Positions 50,310 to 61,100 of a stretch of DNA of 64,000 nucleotides are shown here, piece after piece (the stretch's first letter is position 1; every line of letters begins with the position of its first letter). Source of the DNA: Proteobacteria bacterium DTSAM18. GTDB taxonomy: Bacteria; Myxococcota_A; UBA796; GCA-2862545. Location of the stretch: positions 259,580-323,579 of the forward strand of contig JARACJ010000006.1 of the NCBI GenBank assembly GCA_028767165.1, read 5' to 3'. The notes under the pieces are model-generated. The model ran no database searches. It saw nothing but the letters and a program-made list of their open reading frames with translations, and had not been told where the DNA came from. The position numbers and the translations under genes were made by a program.

Positions 50310-51250
50310 TGACCCTGTGGCTGATGCTGTCCGCCGCCCTCGCCCATCCGCTCGCCCCGAGCGCCCTGCGGATCGACTGGAACAGCGCCACCGAGGCGCA
50401 GGTGGTGTGGCACACCCCCGCCATCCAGCCGTCGGGCGCCGACGTGCTGCAGCCCCTGTGGTCCCTCGACGGGTGCACCCTGTCCGAGCCCGGGATCGAG
50501 GTCACCGACGAGGCGCTCATCACGGAGCACACCCTGTCCTGCCCGGAGAGCGCGGCGCCCTCCGCCACCTTCCGTGGCCTCGACGAGGAGCGCGCCGGCG
50601 TGCTGGTCACCCAGGTGGCCGGTGGGCAGCAGACGGCCACGCTGGTGCGCGACACCGCAGATGTCGTGTCCCTCCGCCCCAGCCAGGCCGGCAGCTCCCC
50701 CTTCACCCGCTTCCTGTCCATGGGCGCCCACCACCTGTGGATCGGTGCCGACCACATGCTGCTGCTGTTCGGCCTCATCGGCACCCTCGGTCTGCGACGC
50801 CGCCTCGTGTGGGCGCTCACCGGCTTCACCGTGGGCCACAGCCTCACCCTCGTGCTCACCACCCTGCGCATCCTGAGCCTGCCCGCCCTGTGGGCGGAGG
50901 CCGCCATCGCCGCCTCCCTGCTGTGGGTGGCGCTGCCCATGGCCCGTGGCGCCACGGAGCAGACCTCCGGCCGGAGCATCTGGTGGCTGCCGATGGGCGT
51001 CGGCGCGGTGCACGGCCTCGGCTTCGCGGGCGTGCTCGGCGACCTCCAGCTCGATCCGGCGGTGGTCCCCAGCTCCCTGCTCGGGTTCAACCTGGGCCTC
51101 GAGCTCGGTCAGCTCGCCGTCGTGGCGGGTGTCGCCCTGCTTGCCCTGCTCCCCGTGCCCTGGCAGCGACTCAAGGTGCCCACCGGCCTGGTCATCGGCA
51201 CGCTCGCCGTGGCGTGGACACTCGAGCGCGTCTGGGGCGCCCTCGGCTGA
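50306..51250 (+). CDS. HupE/UreJ_2-family membrane protein (putative metal transporter)
   Basis: 'HHLWIGADHMLLLFGL' signature. ATGA overlap with the upstream gene. Confidence 0.6.
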   Translation: MMTLWLMLSAALAHPLAPSALRIDWNSATEAQVVWHTPAIQPSGADVLQPLWSLDGCTLSEPGIEVTDEALITEHTLSCPESAAPSATFRGLDEERAGVLVTQVAGGQQTATLVRDTADVVSLRPSQAGSSPFTRFLSMGAHHLWIGADHMLLLFGLIGTLGLRRRLVWALTGFTVGHSLTLVLTTLRILSLPALWAEAAIAASLLWVALPMARGATEQTSGRSIWWLPMGVGAVHGLGFAGVLGDLQLDPAVVPSSLLGFNLGLELGQLAVVAGVALLALLPVPWQRLKVPTGLVIGTLAVAWTLERVWGALG

Positions 51251-51338
51251 GTCCCGTGCTGTCCCCAAGCGTCCTTTTCACGCCTCGTCCTTGGCGATCG
51301 GGCCCTGCCACGGGCTAGATGGGCACCCGAGGTGACCC

Positions 51339-51794
51339 ATGGACTGGTGGACCGGCCCCTTCTCCGCCCTGACGACCACTCAGCTGTACGACCTGCTGGC
51401 CCTGCGCCAGCTCGTGTTCGTGGTGGAGCAGACCTGCCCGTACCTGGACGCCGACGGCCTGGATCAGGAGGCCCTGCACCTGCTCGGCCGCCAGGACGGC
51501 CGCCTCGTGGCCTACGCCCGCATCCTCGGTCCCGATGCCACCCGCGACCAGCCCCGCATCGGCCGCGTCGTCACGCACCCCGATGTGCGGGGCCAGGGCG
51601 TCGGCCGTCCACTGATGCGCGAAGCCATGAAGATCGCCTGGCAGGTCCACGGCACCGAGCGCCCGATCCACATCAGCGCCCAGGCCCACCTCGAGGACTT
51701 CTACGGCAGCCTCGGCTTCGTCACCAGCGGGCCGGGCTACCTCGAGGACGACATCCCCCACCTGCCCATGGACTACGTGGGAGAGCCCGCATGA
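51339..51794 (+). CDS. GNAT N-acetyltransferase (ElaA-like)
   Basis: Acetyl-CoA-binding motif 'HPDVRGQGVGRPLM'. Confidence 0.7.
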   Translation: MDWWTGPFSALTTTQLYDLLALRQLVFVVEQTCPYLDADGLDQEALHLLGRQDGRLVAYARILGPDATRDQPRIGRVVTHPDVRGQGVGRPLMREAMKIAWQVHGTERPIHISAQAHLEDFYGSLGFVTSGPGYLEDDIPHLPMDYVGEPA

Positions 51795-52807
51795 GCCGCT
51801 CCATCCCCCACCGCTACGAAGACCCCCTCGACGCCATCTGGCTGCGCTGCGCCGCCGAGCTCGGCTGGAAGCTGGAGCGCAGCGAGACGGTCTTCGCCAG
51901 CTGGGACGGCACCGACACGCTGACCATCTGCACCGACGACCACTTCGATGCCGATGACTCCATGGCCCAGTACATCTTCCACGAGATCTGCCACAGCCTC
52001 GTCCAGGGCAGGGGCAGCCCGCGCAAGCTCGACTGGGGCCTCGCCATCGACGGCGACACGTCCGCCCGCGAGGAATACGGCTGCCACCGGCTGCAGGCCG
52101 CTCTCGCCGACATGTACGGCCTGCGGGGACTCCTCGCGCCCACCACCGACTGGCGCCCCTACTGGGACGACCTGCCCGAAGATCCCCTCGCCGACGTGAA
52201 GGACGATGCCGTGAAGCGCGCGCGGGCCGCCTGGTCCGACGCCATGCGGGGGCCGCTGTCCGGTCCACTGCACAAGGCGCTGAAGGCCACGGCCGCGATG
52301 GCGCAGATCGTCCGGCCGGTCGCCGACGACGGCAGCCTGTGGGCCCACACCAAGGCCCTGCACCCCACCGGCGTCGCCATGGGCCCCAAGCACACCAGCT
52401 GCGGCTCCTGCACCTGGCTGCAGCAGGGCCACTGCATGGTCCACGCCGAGGAGGGCGAGGATGGTCCCGCCGTTCCCGCCACCACGCCCGCCTGCCTGTT
52501 CTGGCAAGGCCGTCTGACCGACGACGACTGCCTGTCCTGCGGCGCCTGCTGCCGCGAGGGCTTCGGCGCCGTGGGCGTCTCCGACGACGACGACTTCATG
52601 GACCGCCACCCGGAGCTCGTCACCTTCGACGGCGGCTTCGCCTACATCGACCGCCCGAACGGCCTGTGCAAGGCCCTGTGCCCGTCGAACGGCGAGTGGC
52701 CGTGCAAGGTGTACGCCACCCGGCCCACATCCTGCCGGGAGTTCGCGTCGAGCAGCGAGTCGTGCCTGATCGCCCGGCGGAGGGTGGGCCTGGAGCGTCC
52801 CCGCTAG
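51791..52807 (+). CDS. Cys-rich hypothetical protein with a C-terminal YkgJ-like 'CxxCGACC' putative Zn/Fe-chelating domain
   Basis: 'CLSCGACCREGFG' and a further CxxC pair. Start overlaps the GNAT stop. Confidence 0.5.
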   Translation: MSRSIPHRYEDPLDAIWLRCAAELGWKLERSETVFASWDGTDTLTICTDDHFDADDSMAQYIFHEICHSLVQGRGSPRKLDWGLAIDGDTSAREEYGCHRLQAALADMYGLRGLLAPTTDWRPYWDDLPEDPLADVKDDAVKRARAAWSDAMRGPLSGPLHKALKATAAMAQIVRPVADDGSLWAHTKALHPTGVAMGPKHTSCGSCTWLQQGHCMVHAEEGEDGPAVPATTPACLFWQGRLTDDDCLSCGACCREGFGAVGVSDDDDFMDRHPELVTFDGGFAYIDRPNGLCKALCPSNGEWPCKVYATRPTSCREFASSSESCLIARRRVGLERPR

Positions 52808-52975
52808 CAAGCCTGACCTGCGCCCCCCTCCCCCTGCCGCCCCGTGCCCCGTGCGCATGCGCGTGCGCGACCGGCGCCTCGCCCCGGCCAGATGATGGCT
52901 GAACACCGCCCCCCGCGCGCCTGCGCCTGCGCCTGCGCGACCGCGACCCCGAGGGGTCGAAGGTGGCCGGCGACA

Positions 52976-53175
52976 CGAGGAGCGCAGCGACGAAGGATCG
53001 GTGGCCACATCCGGCCCCGAGCGCCCCGCCCCAAACGGCCCGCCTCCCACCATTCCGCCCCGACCAGCGAAGGCAATCCCAGGGAGTCCCTTCAGCCGCA
53101 CACCCGAGGCCCGTTGCGTCCCGGTGCGGTCGGGGCGAGGAGCTTGGGGGGAAGTGTACTTCTGTACACGACCCC
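52976..53175. repeat. Dispersed intergenic repeat element, copy 3
   Basis: Aligns to copy 1 (same strand) and copy 2 (reverse complement). Ends in a GTGTAC(TTC)TGTACAC hairpin. Confidence 0.7.
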
Positions 53176-53282
53176 CGACGCGACGAAGAACCGACCGTGC
53201 CGGGGCGCAACGGGCCGCCCCGTCCCAAGACGCAAAAAGGCCAGGCCCAAGGGCCTGACCTTCTTGCGTCATGGGACTCGAC

Positions 53283-54578
53283 TCAGGGCTCGATGGAGAG
53301 CTCCCAGGAGGTGTCGCGCATCGAGGTGTCGGTGGGACGGTCGCCGAAGTCGGGGATGTTCACCTGGAACTCGGCCACGTTGTTGCGGTAGTTGTTCTCC
53401 GCAATCTGCTGGCCGGGGTTGACCTCCATGCGCACGGTGTAGTCGCCGGGTGCGATGTCGGTGACGTCGAGCATGGAGCAGGTGGTGTCGCCCCAGTACC
53501 AGGCAGCCGCGTAGCCACGGGTGAGGCCCTGGTTCATGCCCGCGACGGGAACGTCGCCGTAGACGCTCTCGGGTGCCGTGGGCAGGTACTCGAGGCGGTC
53601 GAAGAGCAGCCAGTCGATGTCGCGGGTGAGGACCACGTTGCCGCTGCCGTCGATGAGCTCCACGCGGACGAAGTCGTTCACGAGGGAGAAGCCGGTGAGG
53701 CAGGCCTCCTCACTGAAGAGGGCCTCGACGTCCTGCTCGTTGTACTCGGCACCGAGGTAGGGCGTGGCGCTGGCGTTGCGGAGGTGCAGGGTACCGGCGC
53801 CGGTGTTGGCCACGCGGCCCAGGAAGCCGAGCAGGTGACGGTAGCCGGGCTGATCGACACAGCCAGCCACCACGGAGCAATCGCCAGGTGCGATGAACGC
53901 GGGGTGGGGAATCCAGGCGGACTCCTCAGCCCAGGGACCATCGATCCACAGGTCGGGCTCCTGGCAGATCTGGGCGATCACGTTGCCGTCGGCGTCTTCC
54001 TGCGTGGCGCAGGTGGAGCCGTAGGGGCAGCAGTAGTCGCCGCACTGCTGGTTGGAGGGGCACTGGTTGCGAGCCACGCACTCCTCGAGACGATCGGGAG
54101 CGGGGTGGTCGAAGCAGAGCTGGTTGCCGGGGCAGGCATCGCACATGCAGACGTCGCCGGTGCCGTCGCCGTCCTCATCTGCCTGATCGGGGTTGCGATC
54201 GAAGGGGCAGTTGTCGCACTCGTCGCCGAACTCGTCGCCATCGGCGTCGAGCTGTTGCGGGTTGTAGAACGACGGGCAGTTGTCGACGTCGTCCCAGCGG
54301 CCGTCGCCGTCGGAGTCGAGGCGGGGCTCGGCATCGCAGGCGTCGCCGATGCCATCGAGGTCGGAGTCGTCCTGGCCACCGTTGGGGATGTCGGGGCAGT
54401 TGTCGAGGGCGTCGGGCACGCCATCGCGGTCGGCGTCGCCGGCGTACAGCTCACCGAGGTTGATGTCGGGTGCCGAACCGCAGGCGGCGAGACCCAGAAC
54501 GGATGCAATGATCGCAAGTTGGAATGCGCGCACGTGTGACTCCGTGTGCCGAGATGGAAAGACGACGGAATCATACAT
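53283..54578 (-). CDS. Secreted lipoprotein with thrombospondin type-3 (calcium-binding) repeats, a Cys-rich segment and a C-terminal lysyl-oxidase-like domain
   Basis: TSP3 repeats '[64 protein letters not shown]'. C-terminal '[40 protein letters not shown]' resembles the lysyl-oxidase fold. A GTG start at 54533 ([20 protein letters not shown] lipobox) is likely. Confidence 0.6.
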   Translation of the reverse strand: MYDSVVFPSRHTESHVRAFQLAIIASVLGLAACGSAPDINLGELYAGDADRDGVPDALDNCPDIPNGGQDDSDLDGIGDACDAEPRLDSDGDGRWDDVDNCPSFYNPQQLDADGDEFGDECDNCPFDRNPDQADEDGDGTGDVCMCDACPGNQLCFDHPAPDRLEECVARNQCPSNQQCGDYCCPYGSTCATQEDADGNVIAQICQEPDLWIDGPWAEESAWIPHPAFIAPGDCSVVAGCVDQPGYRHLLGFLGRVANTGAGTLHLRNASATPYLGAEYNEQDVEALFSEEACLTGFSLVNDFVRVELIDGSGNVVLTRDIDWLLFDRLEYLPTAPESVYGDVPVAGMNQGLTRGYAAAWYWGDTTCSMLDVTDIAPGDYTVRMEVNPGQQIAENNYRNNVAEFQVNIPDFGDRPTDTSMRDTSWELSIEP

Positions 54579-54655
54579 GCAACCGAACGGGTCCGCACGG
54601 CAAGATGCACGTCAGCTTGCAAAGATCCCGATGATCCGGTTCTTCCGCCCCATCC

Positions 54656-56758
54656 TCAGTCGAGGTTCTCCAGCTCCTCGTCGAGCAGCGCCGCCAGTTC
54701 GTCGAGATCCAGGTCACCATCGGTCTCCGACGCGTCGCTCCAGGCACCATCCGGCAACAGGTCCGACAGATGGGAGGCGAGCAGATCCACCTGGGGGTAC
54801 TCGAAGAGGAGCGTGGCGGGAAGCTGCTGTCCCACGGCATCCGACAGGAACTCGGCGAGCTGGACCGCCTGCACGGAGTCGATGCCGATGTCGCGGAAGG
54901 TGGCGTCCGAGGCGAGGTGGGCGCGCCCGAGCCAGTGCTGCAGGTGCTCCTGGAGCCGTCCGAGGACCGCCTGGCGGCGGGGCAGGTCGGGCATGGAGGC
55001 CAGATCCGTCCAGTGCTCGGCGCGGGGCGCCTCGGCGGGCCGATCCACGTGCCGATCCAGCACCACGGGGAGCTGGCCTGCCTGCAGGGCCTCGCGGATC
55101 CTGCGGCGCATGATCTTCCCCGAGCTCGTCTTGAACAGGCTTCGCTGCTTCACGAGCACCACCCGATCCGGCAGCACGCCACGATCGGCGATCCGCTCGG
55201 TGACGCCGACGACCACGTCGTCGAGGTGCTCGGCGGCGCGGTCGTACACCTCGGCGACCACGGTGAGGGTCTCCCCCTGGGGACCCTCCTCGGCGAAGGC
55301 CGCCACACAGCTCGGCCGGATGAGCGTGGACCCCTGCTGGGCGCTCCACTCCAGATCCTGCGGGTAGAAGTTCTGCCCTCGCAGGATGACGATGTCCTTG
55401 AGCCGACCGGTGACGTACACGGTGCCGCCCCGGACGAAGCCCAGATCCCCCGTACGCAACCAGCTGCCGTTCTTCTCGCCCTCGATGGCGGCGGCGAAGC
55501 CCTCCTCGGTCTCCTCCGGACGCGCCCAGTATCCGCGGGCACAGGTGGGTCCCCCCACCCACAGCTCACCGACCTCGTCTTCGGCGCAGGCGATGCAGCT
55601 GTCGGGGTGCACGGCCCGCACCATCGTGGGCTTCACGGGCACGCCACAGCCGGCGATGGGCCGGGCATTGGCGTGGCCCTCGGGCAGCACGACCACCTTG
55701 TGCTGCTCCAGCGCCGCGCCGTCCACCCACAGGAAGTGGGCGATGGTGGGCGCCGGCTCCTTGGAGATCACCGCGGTGGCCTCCGACATGCCGTAGGCGT
55801 GGGTCATCGTGGTGGGCGACAGGCCGGCGACGGCGAACGCCTCGTAGAACGCCACCTCGGTGTCGCGGCGGATGGGCTCGGCCCCGTTGAGGGCCACCTT
55901 CCAGCACGACAGATCCAGTGCCGCCCGCTCCTCCGGCGTGCTCCGTGCCACGAGGTAGTCGAACGCGAAGTTCGGCGCGGGCGCGTGGGTGCCACGGTGC
56001 CGATCGATCGCCTCGAGCCAGCGCATCGGACGGCGCAGGAAGTCCATGGGGTCGAGCAGCACGCCTTCGAAGCCCTTCCACAGGGGCATGAACACGCCGT
56101 AGACGAGCCCGAGGTCGTGGAACGTGGGCAGCCAGCTGACCATGACGGCGTCCGGGCCGTGGGAGAAGCCGCGGTCGAAGGTGAGCAGGTTCACCATGAG
56201 GTTGTCGTGGCCCACCATCACGCCCTTGGGCGTGGAGGTGCTGCCGCTCGTGTACTGCAGGTAGGCGAGCTCCTCCGGCAGAGGGAGTCGACGATCCGGG
56301 TCGGCGGGGGGCAGCCGGCCGTCGGTGCACAGCCAGGGAAGATCGGCCAGATCCTCCGACATCGACACCACGGCCTGCATCTCCTCGAGGTTGGCCCCCA
56401 CGGTACAGGCCAGCTCGATGCCGCCGTCGGCCGCGATGGCCTCGAGCTTCGGCAGCTCGTGACGGGCGCGGTGGGCCACCGGCGGCTGCAGTGGCACGGC
56501 GAGCACGCCGGCCCACATGCACCCGAGAAGGGCGGCCACGTAGTCGAGGCCCTGGGGGTACAGCAGCAGCACGCGGCTACCGGGCTCGCAGCTCGCGGCG
56601 ATGCCGGAGGCCACCCGTCCGGCCTTGTCGTACAGCTCGGAGAACGTCCAGGACACCTCTCCCTCGTCGCCGGGCACCACGTAGGTGAACGCGGTGGCGT
56701 CGGGGCGAGTGGAGGCGTGGTGGGCGAGGGCGTGCAGCAGGGTGGCGTGGGGGGTCAA
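54656..56758 (-). CDS. Fatty acyl-AMP ligase (FAAL) fused to a C-terminal acyl-carrier (phosphopantetheine-binding) domain
   Basis: FAAL signature 'LQYTSGSTSTPKGVMVGHDNLMVNL'. C-terminal PP-binding 'FRDIGIDSVQAVQL'. Confidence 0.8.
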   Translation of the reverse strand: MTPHATLLHALAHHASTRPDATAFTYVVPGDEGEVSWTFSELYDKAGRVASGIAASCEPGSRVLLLYPQGLDYVAALLGCMWAGVLAVPLQPPVAHRARHELPKLEAIAADGGIELACTVGANLEEMQAVVSMSEDLADLPWLCTDGRLPPADPDRRLPLPEELAYLQYTSGSTSTPKGVMVGHDNLMVNLLTFDRGFSHGPDAVMVSWLPTFHDLGLVYGVFMPLWKGFEGVLLDPMDFLRRPMRWLEAIDRHRGTHAPAPNFAFDYLVARSTPEERAALDLSCWKVALNGAEPIRRDTEVAFYEAFAVAGLSPTTMTHAYGMSEATAVISKEPAPTIAHFLWVDGAALEQHKVVVLPEGHANARPIAGCGVPVKPTMVRAVHPDSCIACAEDEVGELWVGGPTCARGYWARPEETEEGFAAAIEGEKNGSWLRTGDLGFVRGGTVYVTGRLKDIVILRGQNFYPQDLEWSAQQGSTLIRPSCVAAFAEEGPQGETLTVVAEVYDRAAEHLDDVVVGVTERIADRGVLPDRVVLVKQRSLFKTSSGKIMRRRIREALQAGQLPVVLDRHVDRPAEAPRAEHWTDLASMPDLPRRQAVLGRLQEHLQHWLGRAHLASDATFRDIGIDSVQAVQLAEFLSDAVGQQLPATLLFEYPQVDLLASHLSDLLPDGAWSDASETDGDLDLDELAALLDEELENLD

Positions 56759-56767
56759 GCCGGCACC

Positions 56768-58183
56768 TCAGAACTGGAAGTAGATGAAGTCTTCGCTGAC
56801 GTCGCGGTGGAAGATGAACATGGCCACGACGGCCACGGACATGAAGGTGGTCTGGGCCGGGAGGAGCCAGCCGGATGCCTTCAGCCGCGGGATGACGTGA
56901 TCCTCTACCGCGTAGGACAGGTTGATGGGCAGGGTTCCTGCCACGGCCATGGAGAACACCACCGTGGCGGCCACGAGCTCTTCGGTGGTGGCCGACAGCC
57001 AGGGCTGGCTGAAGTGCTGGAACACCCGCTCCATCGAGACCTCCCGGAACATCACGCCGGTGGGCTGCAGCACCACGAAGGTGTGCAGGGGCCAGGCGAT
57101 GAGCGGGGCGGTCCAGTGCTCCCGGATCCGCAGCGGGATCGCGGGGGTCGCGAAGGTGTAGATCGCCATCCACAGGCCGTTGTACAGGCCCAGGCAGATG
57201 AAGTTCCACGACGCGCCGTGCCACAGGCCGATGAGGAGGAAGGTGACCATCAGGGAGAGGAAGATGCGCCCCGGACCGGCCTTTCCCGCCCGGAGCAAGG
57301 GCGTGTAGACGTAGTCGCCCACCCAGCTCGACAGCGACATGTGCCACTTCCGCCAGAACTCGGGGGTGGTGAGGCTGTTGTAGGGCCGGTCGAAGTTGCG
57401 CACGAGCTCGAAGCCCAGCATCCGGGCGGTGCCGCGGGCCATGTCGGTGTAGCCGCCGATGTCCGCGAGCATCTGGACGCCGAAGGCAATGCCCGCCGCC
57501 ATCACCATCACGAAGGCGGGATCCTTGGCCATGTAGACCTCGTCCACGTAGGGGGCGAGGCCGTCGGCGATCACCACCTTCTTGAACGCGCCCCACAGGG
57601 CCAGCGTGAGGCCGCTCATGATCTTCTGGGTGTCGAAGTGGCGGGGACGCTCCACCTGGGGAAGCAGGCTGGACGCCCGCTCGATGGGGCCGGCGACGAG
57701 CTGGGGGAAGAAGGAGACGTACACGAGGTAGTCGAGCAGGTTCTTCCGGGGCTCGATGCGGCCCTTGTAGACGTCGATCGTGTAGGACAGGGTCTGGAAG
57801 GTGTAGAAGCTGATGCCCACCGGCAGGATGAGGTTCAGGGTCCACAGGTTCAGGTCGAGCCCGAGGGCCGACAGCGCGGCACCGAGGTTCTCGGTGAAGA
57901 AGTTGAAGTACTTGAACAGCCCGAGCATGCCGAGGTTGCCCGCCAGCGACAGCCCCAGGAACCACTTCTTCTGCGCCGGGCGCTCCGCCATGGCCCGGCC
58001 CACGTTGTAGTCGAGGAACGCCGAGAAGTAGAGCAGGCCCAGGAACCAGGGGTGCACCCAGCCGTAGAACATGGCGCTGGCCACGAGCAGCAGCACGTTC
58101 TGCCAGGTGCGCTTGCCGACGCCCCAGTACAGGACGAACACGATGAGCATGAAGGCCAGGAAGCTCATCTGGACGAAGGTCAT
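56768..58183 (-). CDS. MBOAT-family membrane-bound O-acyltransferase (DltB/AlgI-like)
   Basis: 11 TM-type topology with conserved MBOAT His region and AlgI/DltB-like sequence throughout. Start overlaps the upstream gene's stop (ATGA). Confidence 0.85.
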   Translation of the reverse strand: MTFVQMSFLAFMLIVFVLYWGVGKRTWQNVLLLVASAMFYGWVHPWFLGLLYFSAFLDYNVGRAMAERPAQKKWFLGLSLAGNLGMLGLFKYFNFFTENLGAALSALGLDLNLWTLNLILPVGISFYTFQTLSYTIDVYKGRIEPRKNLLDYLVYVSFFPQLVAGPIERASSLLPQVERPRHFDTQKIMSGLTLALWGAFKKVVIADGLAPYVDEVYMAKDPAFVMVMAAGIAFGVQMLADIGGYTDMARGTARMLGFELVRNFDRPYNSLTTPEFWRKWHMSLSSWVGDYVYTPLLRAGKAGPGRIFLSLMVTFLLIGLWHGASWNFICLGLYNGLWMAIYTFATPAIPLRIREHWTAPLIAWPLHTFVVLQPTGVMFREVSMERVFQHFSQPWLSATTEELVAATVVFSMAVAGTLPINLSYAVEDHVIPRLKASGWLLPAQTTFMSVAVVAMFIFHRDVSEDFIYFQF

Positions 58184-61100
58184 GGGGTGTTCCTCTCGGA
58201 GTGGGCGGCAAGAAGCTGACGGCGGCCACCTTCATCCACGATGTCGATCTGGTCAAGGAGCAGGAAGGGCCCGTCGGCGGGCGAGTGCACCTGCACCGTC
58301 CAGGGGCCGGCCACACGACCGGTGAGCTGCAGCGTGGCCACGTGGGTCTCCCCCACCTTCTCGAAGTACACCGTCTGCCCCTCCACCTGCAGGCTGAACG
58401 GCCGGGTGGACTTGTTGGCCCCGAAGGACCTCGCGATCACGCGAACGGCCACCTGGTCGCCGGACCAGGGCTCGGCGGCCGTGAGCTCGGCGGTGGTGCC
58501 CGGGTAGACCCAGTACACATCGCGCTCCTCCGCTGGCAGCGGGAAGGACTCGTCCAGGGACAGGGACACGTCCTGGGGCCCGTCACCTCGGGGACGCACA
58601 CCCACCGCCTGGCCCACGTGCAGGTAGCAGGCCTCGCAGCCGGTGCGGAAGTCCTTGCGATCGGTGGTGACCGGCAGAGGCTGTCCTGCCTCGAGCACCT
58701 CCAGCGGCGACCAGGGTCCCAGACCGTTCTTCACCAGCACCGAGTTGCTCACCGGCCACAGCTGGAACCAGCGGAACTCCCAGTGGTGCTCGCCCACCCG
58801 ACGGGGCTCGGACTCCGGCGCCGGAAGCTGGGGTTGCCCACTGCGGACGGCGGACTGCAACGGCCAGGTACCGAGCACCGGTCCGTCCACGAACAGACCG
58901 GTGCCGGTCTGCTCCTGCAGGGCCAGCGAGGTGCCCGCCACCTGCTCGGGCTCGGGCTCGGTCTGGTGCAGGCTGATGCGATCGATCCGGTAGTAGGACC
59001 GCCGGCCGGGATGGCGCAGGATGATCCGCAGATCCTCCCGACCGGGGGCCAGGGGTGCCGGCAGGTCGGCAGCCCAGCTCAGCTGGCCGTAGGCGCCCAT
59101 CCGGAGCTGCTCCGACAGGATCCGGCGCGCCCCGGCGTACAGCTCGAAGGCCACGGGCTCATCCCCCTGCTTGGCGGGCGCCGACAGCTCCACGTCGACC
59201 CGGCGCACGCCGTCGACCATCTGCCGGCTGGCGGCGGGGTCGACCGTGAGCTCCACCTCGTCGCCCGGGTACAGCCACAACATGCCCCGCAGGGGGGTAT
59301 TGCCGGGACGGAAGATGCGGTCGCACAGGCGGGAGGGATCGAGCGCCAGGGAGTAGGTACGGCCGTTCTTCAGCGGTGCCGTCGTGTCGGAGGCCGTGAA
59401 GTACACCGACGCCCCCTGGTGGCAGACGTACCCGCCGCCGGTCTGCCGCACCGGGGTGCAGTTGGTGTGGGGGTTGGGCAGGGGCACGCCGTCTTCGAGC
59501 ACCTGCACCGGAGAACACTGGTGGGGCCGGGGGAAGCGGGGGTTGGGCAGGTCGGACAGCCCCTGCAGCTCGGTCAGCGTGAACGCGCCCAGCTTGTGGG
59601 GACCGCGGATGGGACGCGCATCGGGTCGCAGGGGCGGTGGGTCCGAGAAGAAGTGTGCCTGCAGGTGGGTGTCGTCCGGGTTGCCGCCCACGACCCGCAC
59701 CGTGCGGGGGGTGAACGCCTCCGAGGTGCCCACCAGCTCCAGGGTGTAGGGAGGCGCACCGAGGCTCAGGCCCTGGACGAAGACCGGGTCGTCGGAGCGG
59801 TTGTGCACCGACAGCGCCCACTGGCCGTCCTGGGGCACCACGAGGGACTGCCCTCCCCGCCACGCGAAGCCCTGGGGCGAGAGCTGCACCTGCTGACCAT
59901 CCTGCAGGGAGACCTCGATGGCGTCCGGATCGACGGCGGCCCGCAGGATCACGTCGGCACGAAAGGCGGATGCCCCGTGGGTCCAACCGCCCTCCGGCGC
60001 GGTGAAGGTGAGCGACCCGCCGGCGGGCAGCCAGCGGCCTGCCTTGTCCCGGGGCGCCGCAGGATCGAAGGTCCAGGAGAGCGACGGCGGCGCGGTGGGA
60101 CCGATGTAGACCAGCTCGTCGTCGCGCAGCGCGATGGCGGGCTCGCAGGGAGGCGAGTCCCCCAGGAAGACCCGCGGCAGAGGCTCTCCGCCGGCGGTCA
60201 CGGTCCAGGGCAGGGCCTCCCCGGGCGGTGCGGCCCGGGTGAGCGTGACGCTCGGGACGGGCTGTCCCTGCACGACCCAGCGGCAGGCACCGTCGGGACG
60301 CAGGTCGGCCGCCGTCCACGTACCGGACGCCCCGTCCGCCCGCAGCGACAGGGTGGGCCGATCCTCCTCGGCCGCCACGACCGACACCCCCGACCGGGTC
60401 ATGAGTCCCAGGCTGCGGATGCCCTGGCCGAGGGCCTCGGTGAAGAACCGCGCGCCCCGGGGGGACATGTGCCGCATGTCCTGGAACATGGAGGCGTCCA
60501 TGTGCAGGGAGCGCAGGTCGAGGTAGCTGAGCCGCGCCTCCCGCATCACCTCGATGGACTGTGCCTCCACCTCCGTCGGCACGCGATCGTTGTCGGTGTT
60601 GGAGGGTGGAAAGGGCGTGCGCACGAGCAGCAGGTTGGCCCCGCCCTGCTGGGCGAGGGCCCCGAGATCGAGCAGCAGGGAGTCATCTCGGACCGACAGG
60701 CCCCGCACGTCGATCTCCTCCACCGAGTCGAGGCCGAGGCCCGTTCCGTCGCCCCGGTGCAGCTCGTAGAGCATGTTCTCGTCGGCGAAGACCACGTCGT
60801 TGGCCTTGTCGGCCAGGTTGCCCGCCCCCTGGATGCCTCCGCGGGGGTGGAAGCCGAGCTGCACCACCTTGTCGCGCCAGCTCTTCACCCACGCATCCCG
60901 CACCGCGCCCGCCTGGGCCTTCAGGTACAGCCACCGGTAGGTCCAGGGGTTGTCGGTGTGCAGCACCTTCGCGGAGATCACCGGCTCGTCGTCACCGAGC
61001 TGGGCGATGAGCCGGTCGACGTTCTGATCCTTGAGGATCTCGGGCGTGACCATCGTGGTGAGCGCGCCGACCACCACGACCACCCGGGGCTCGTACCCTT

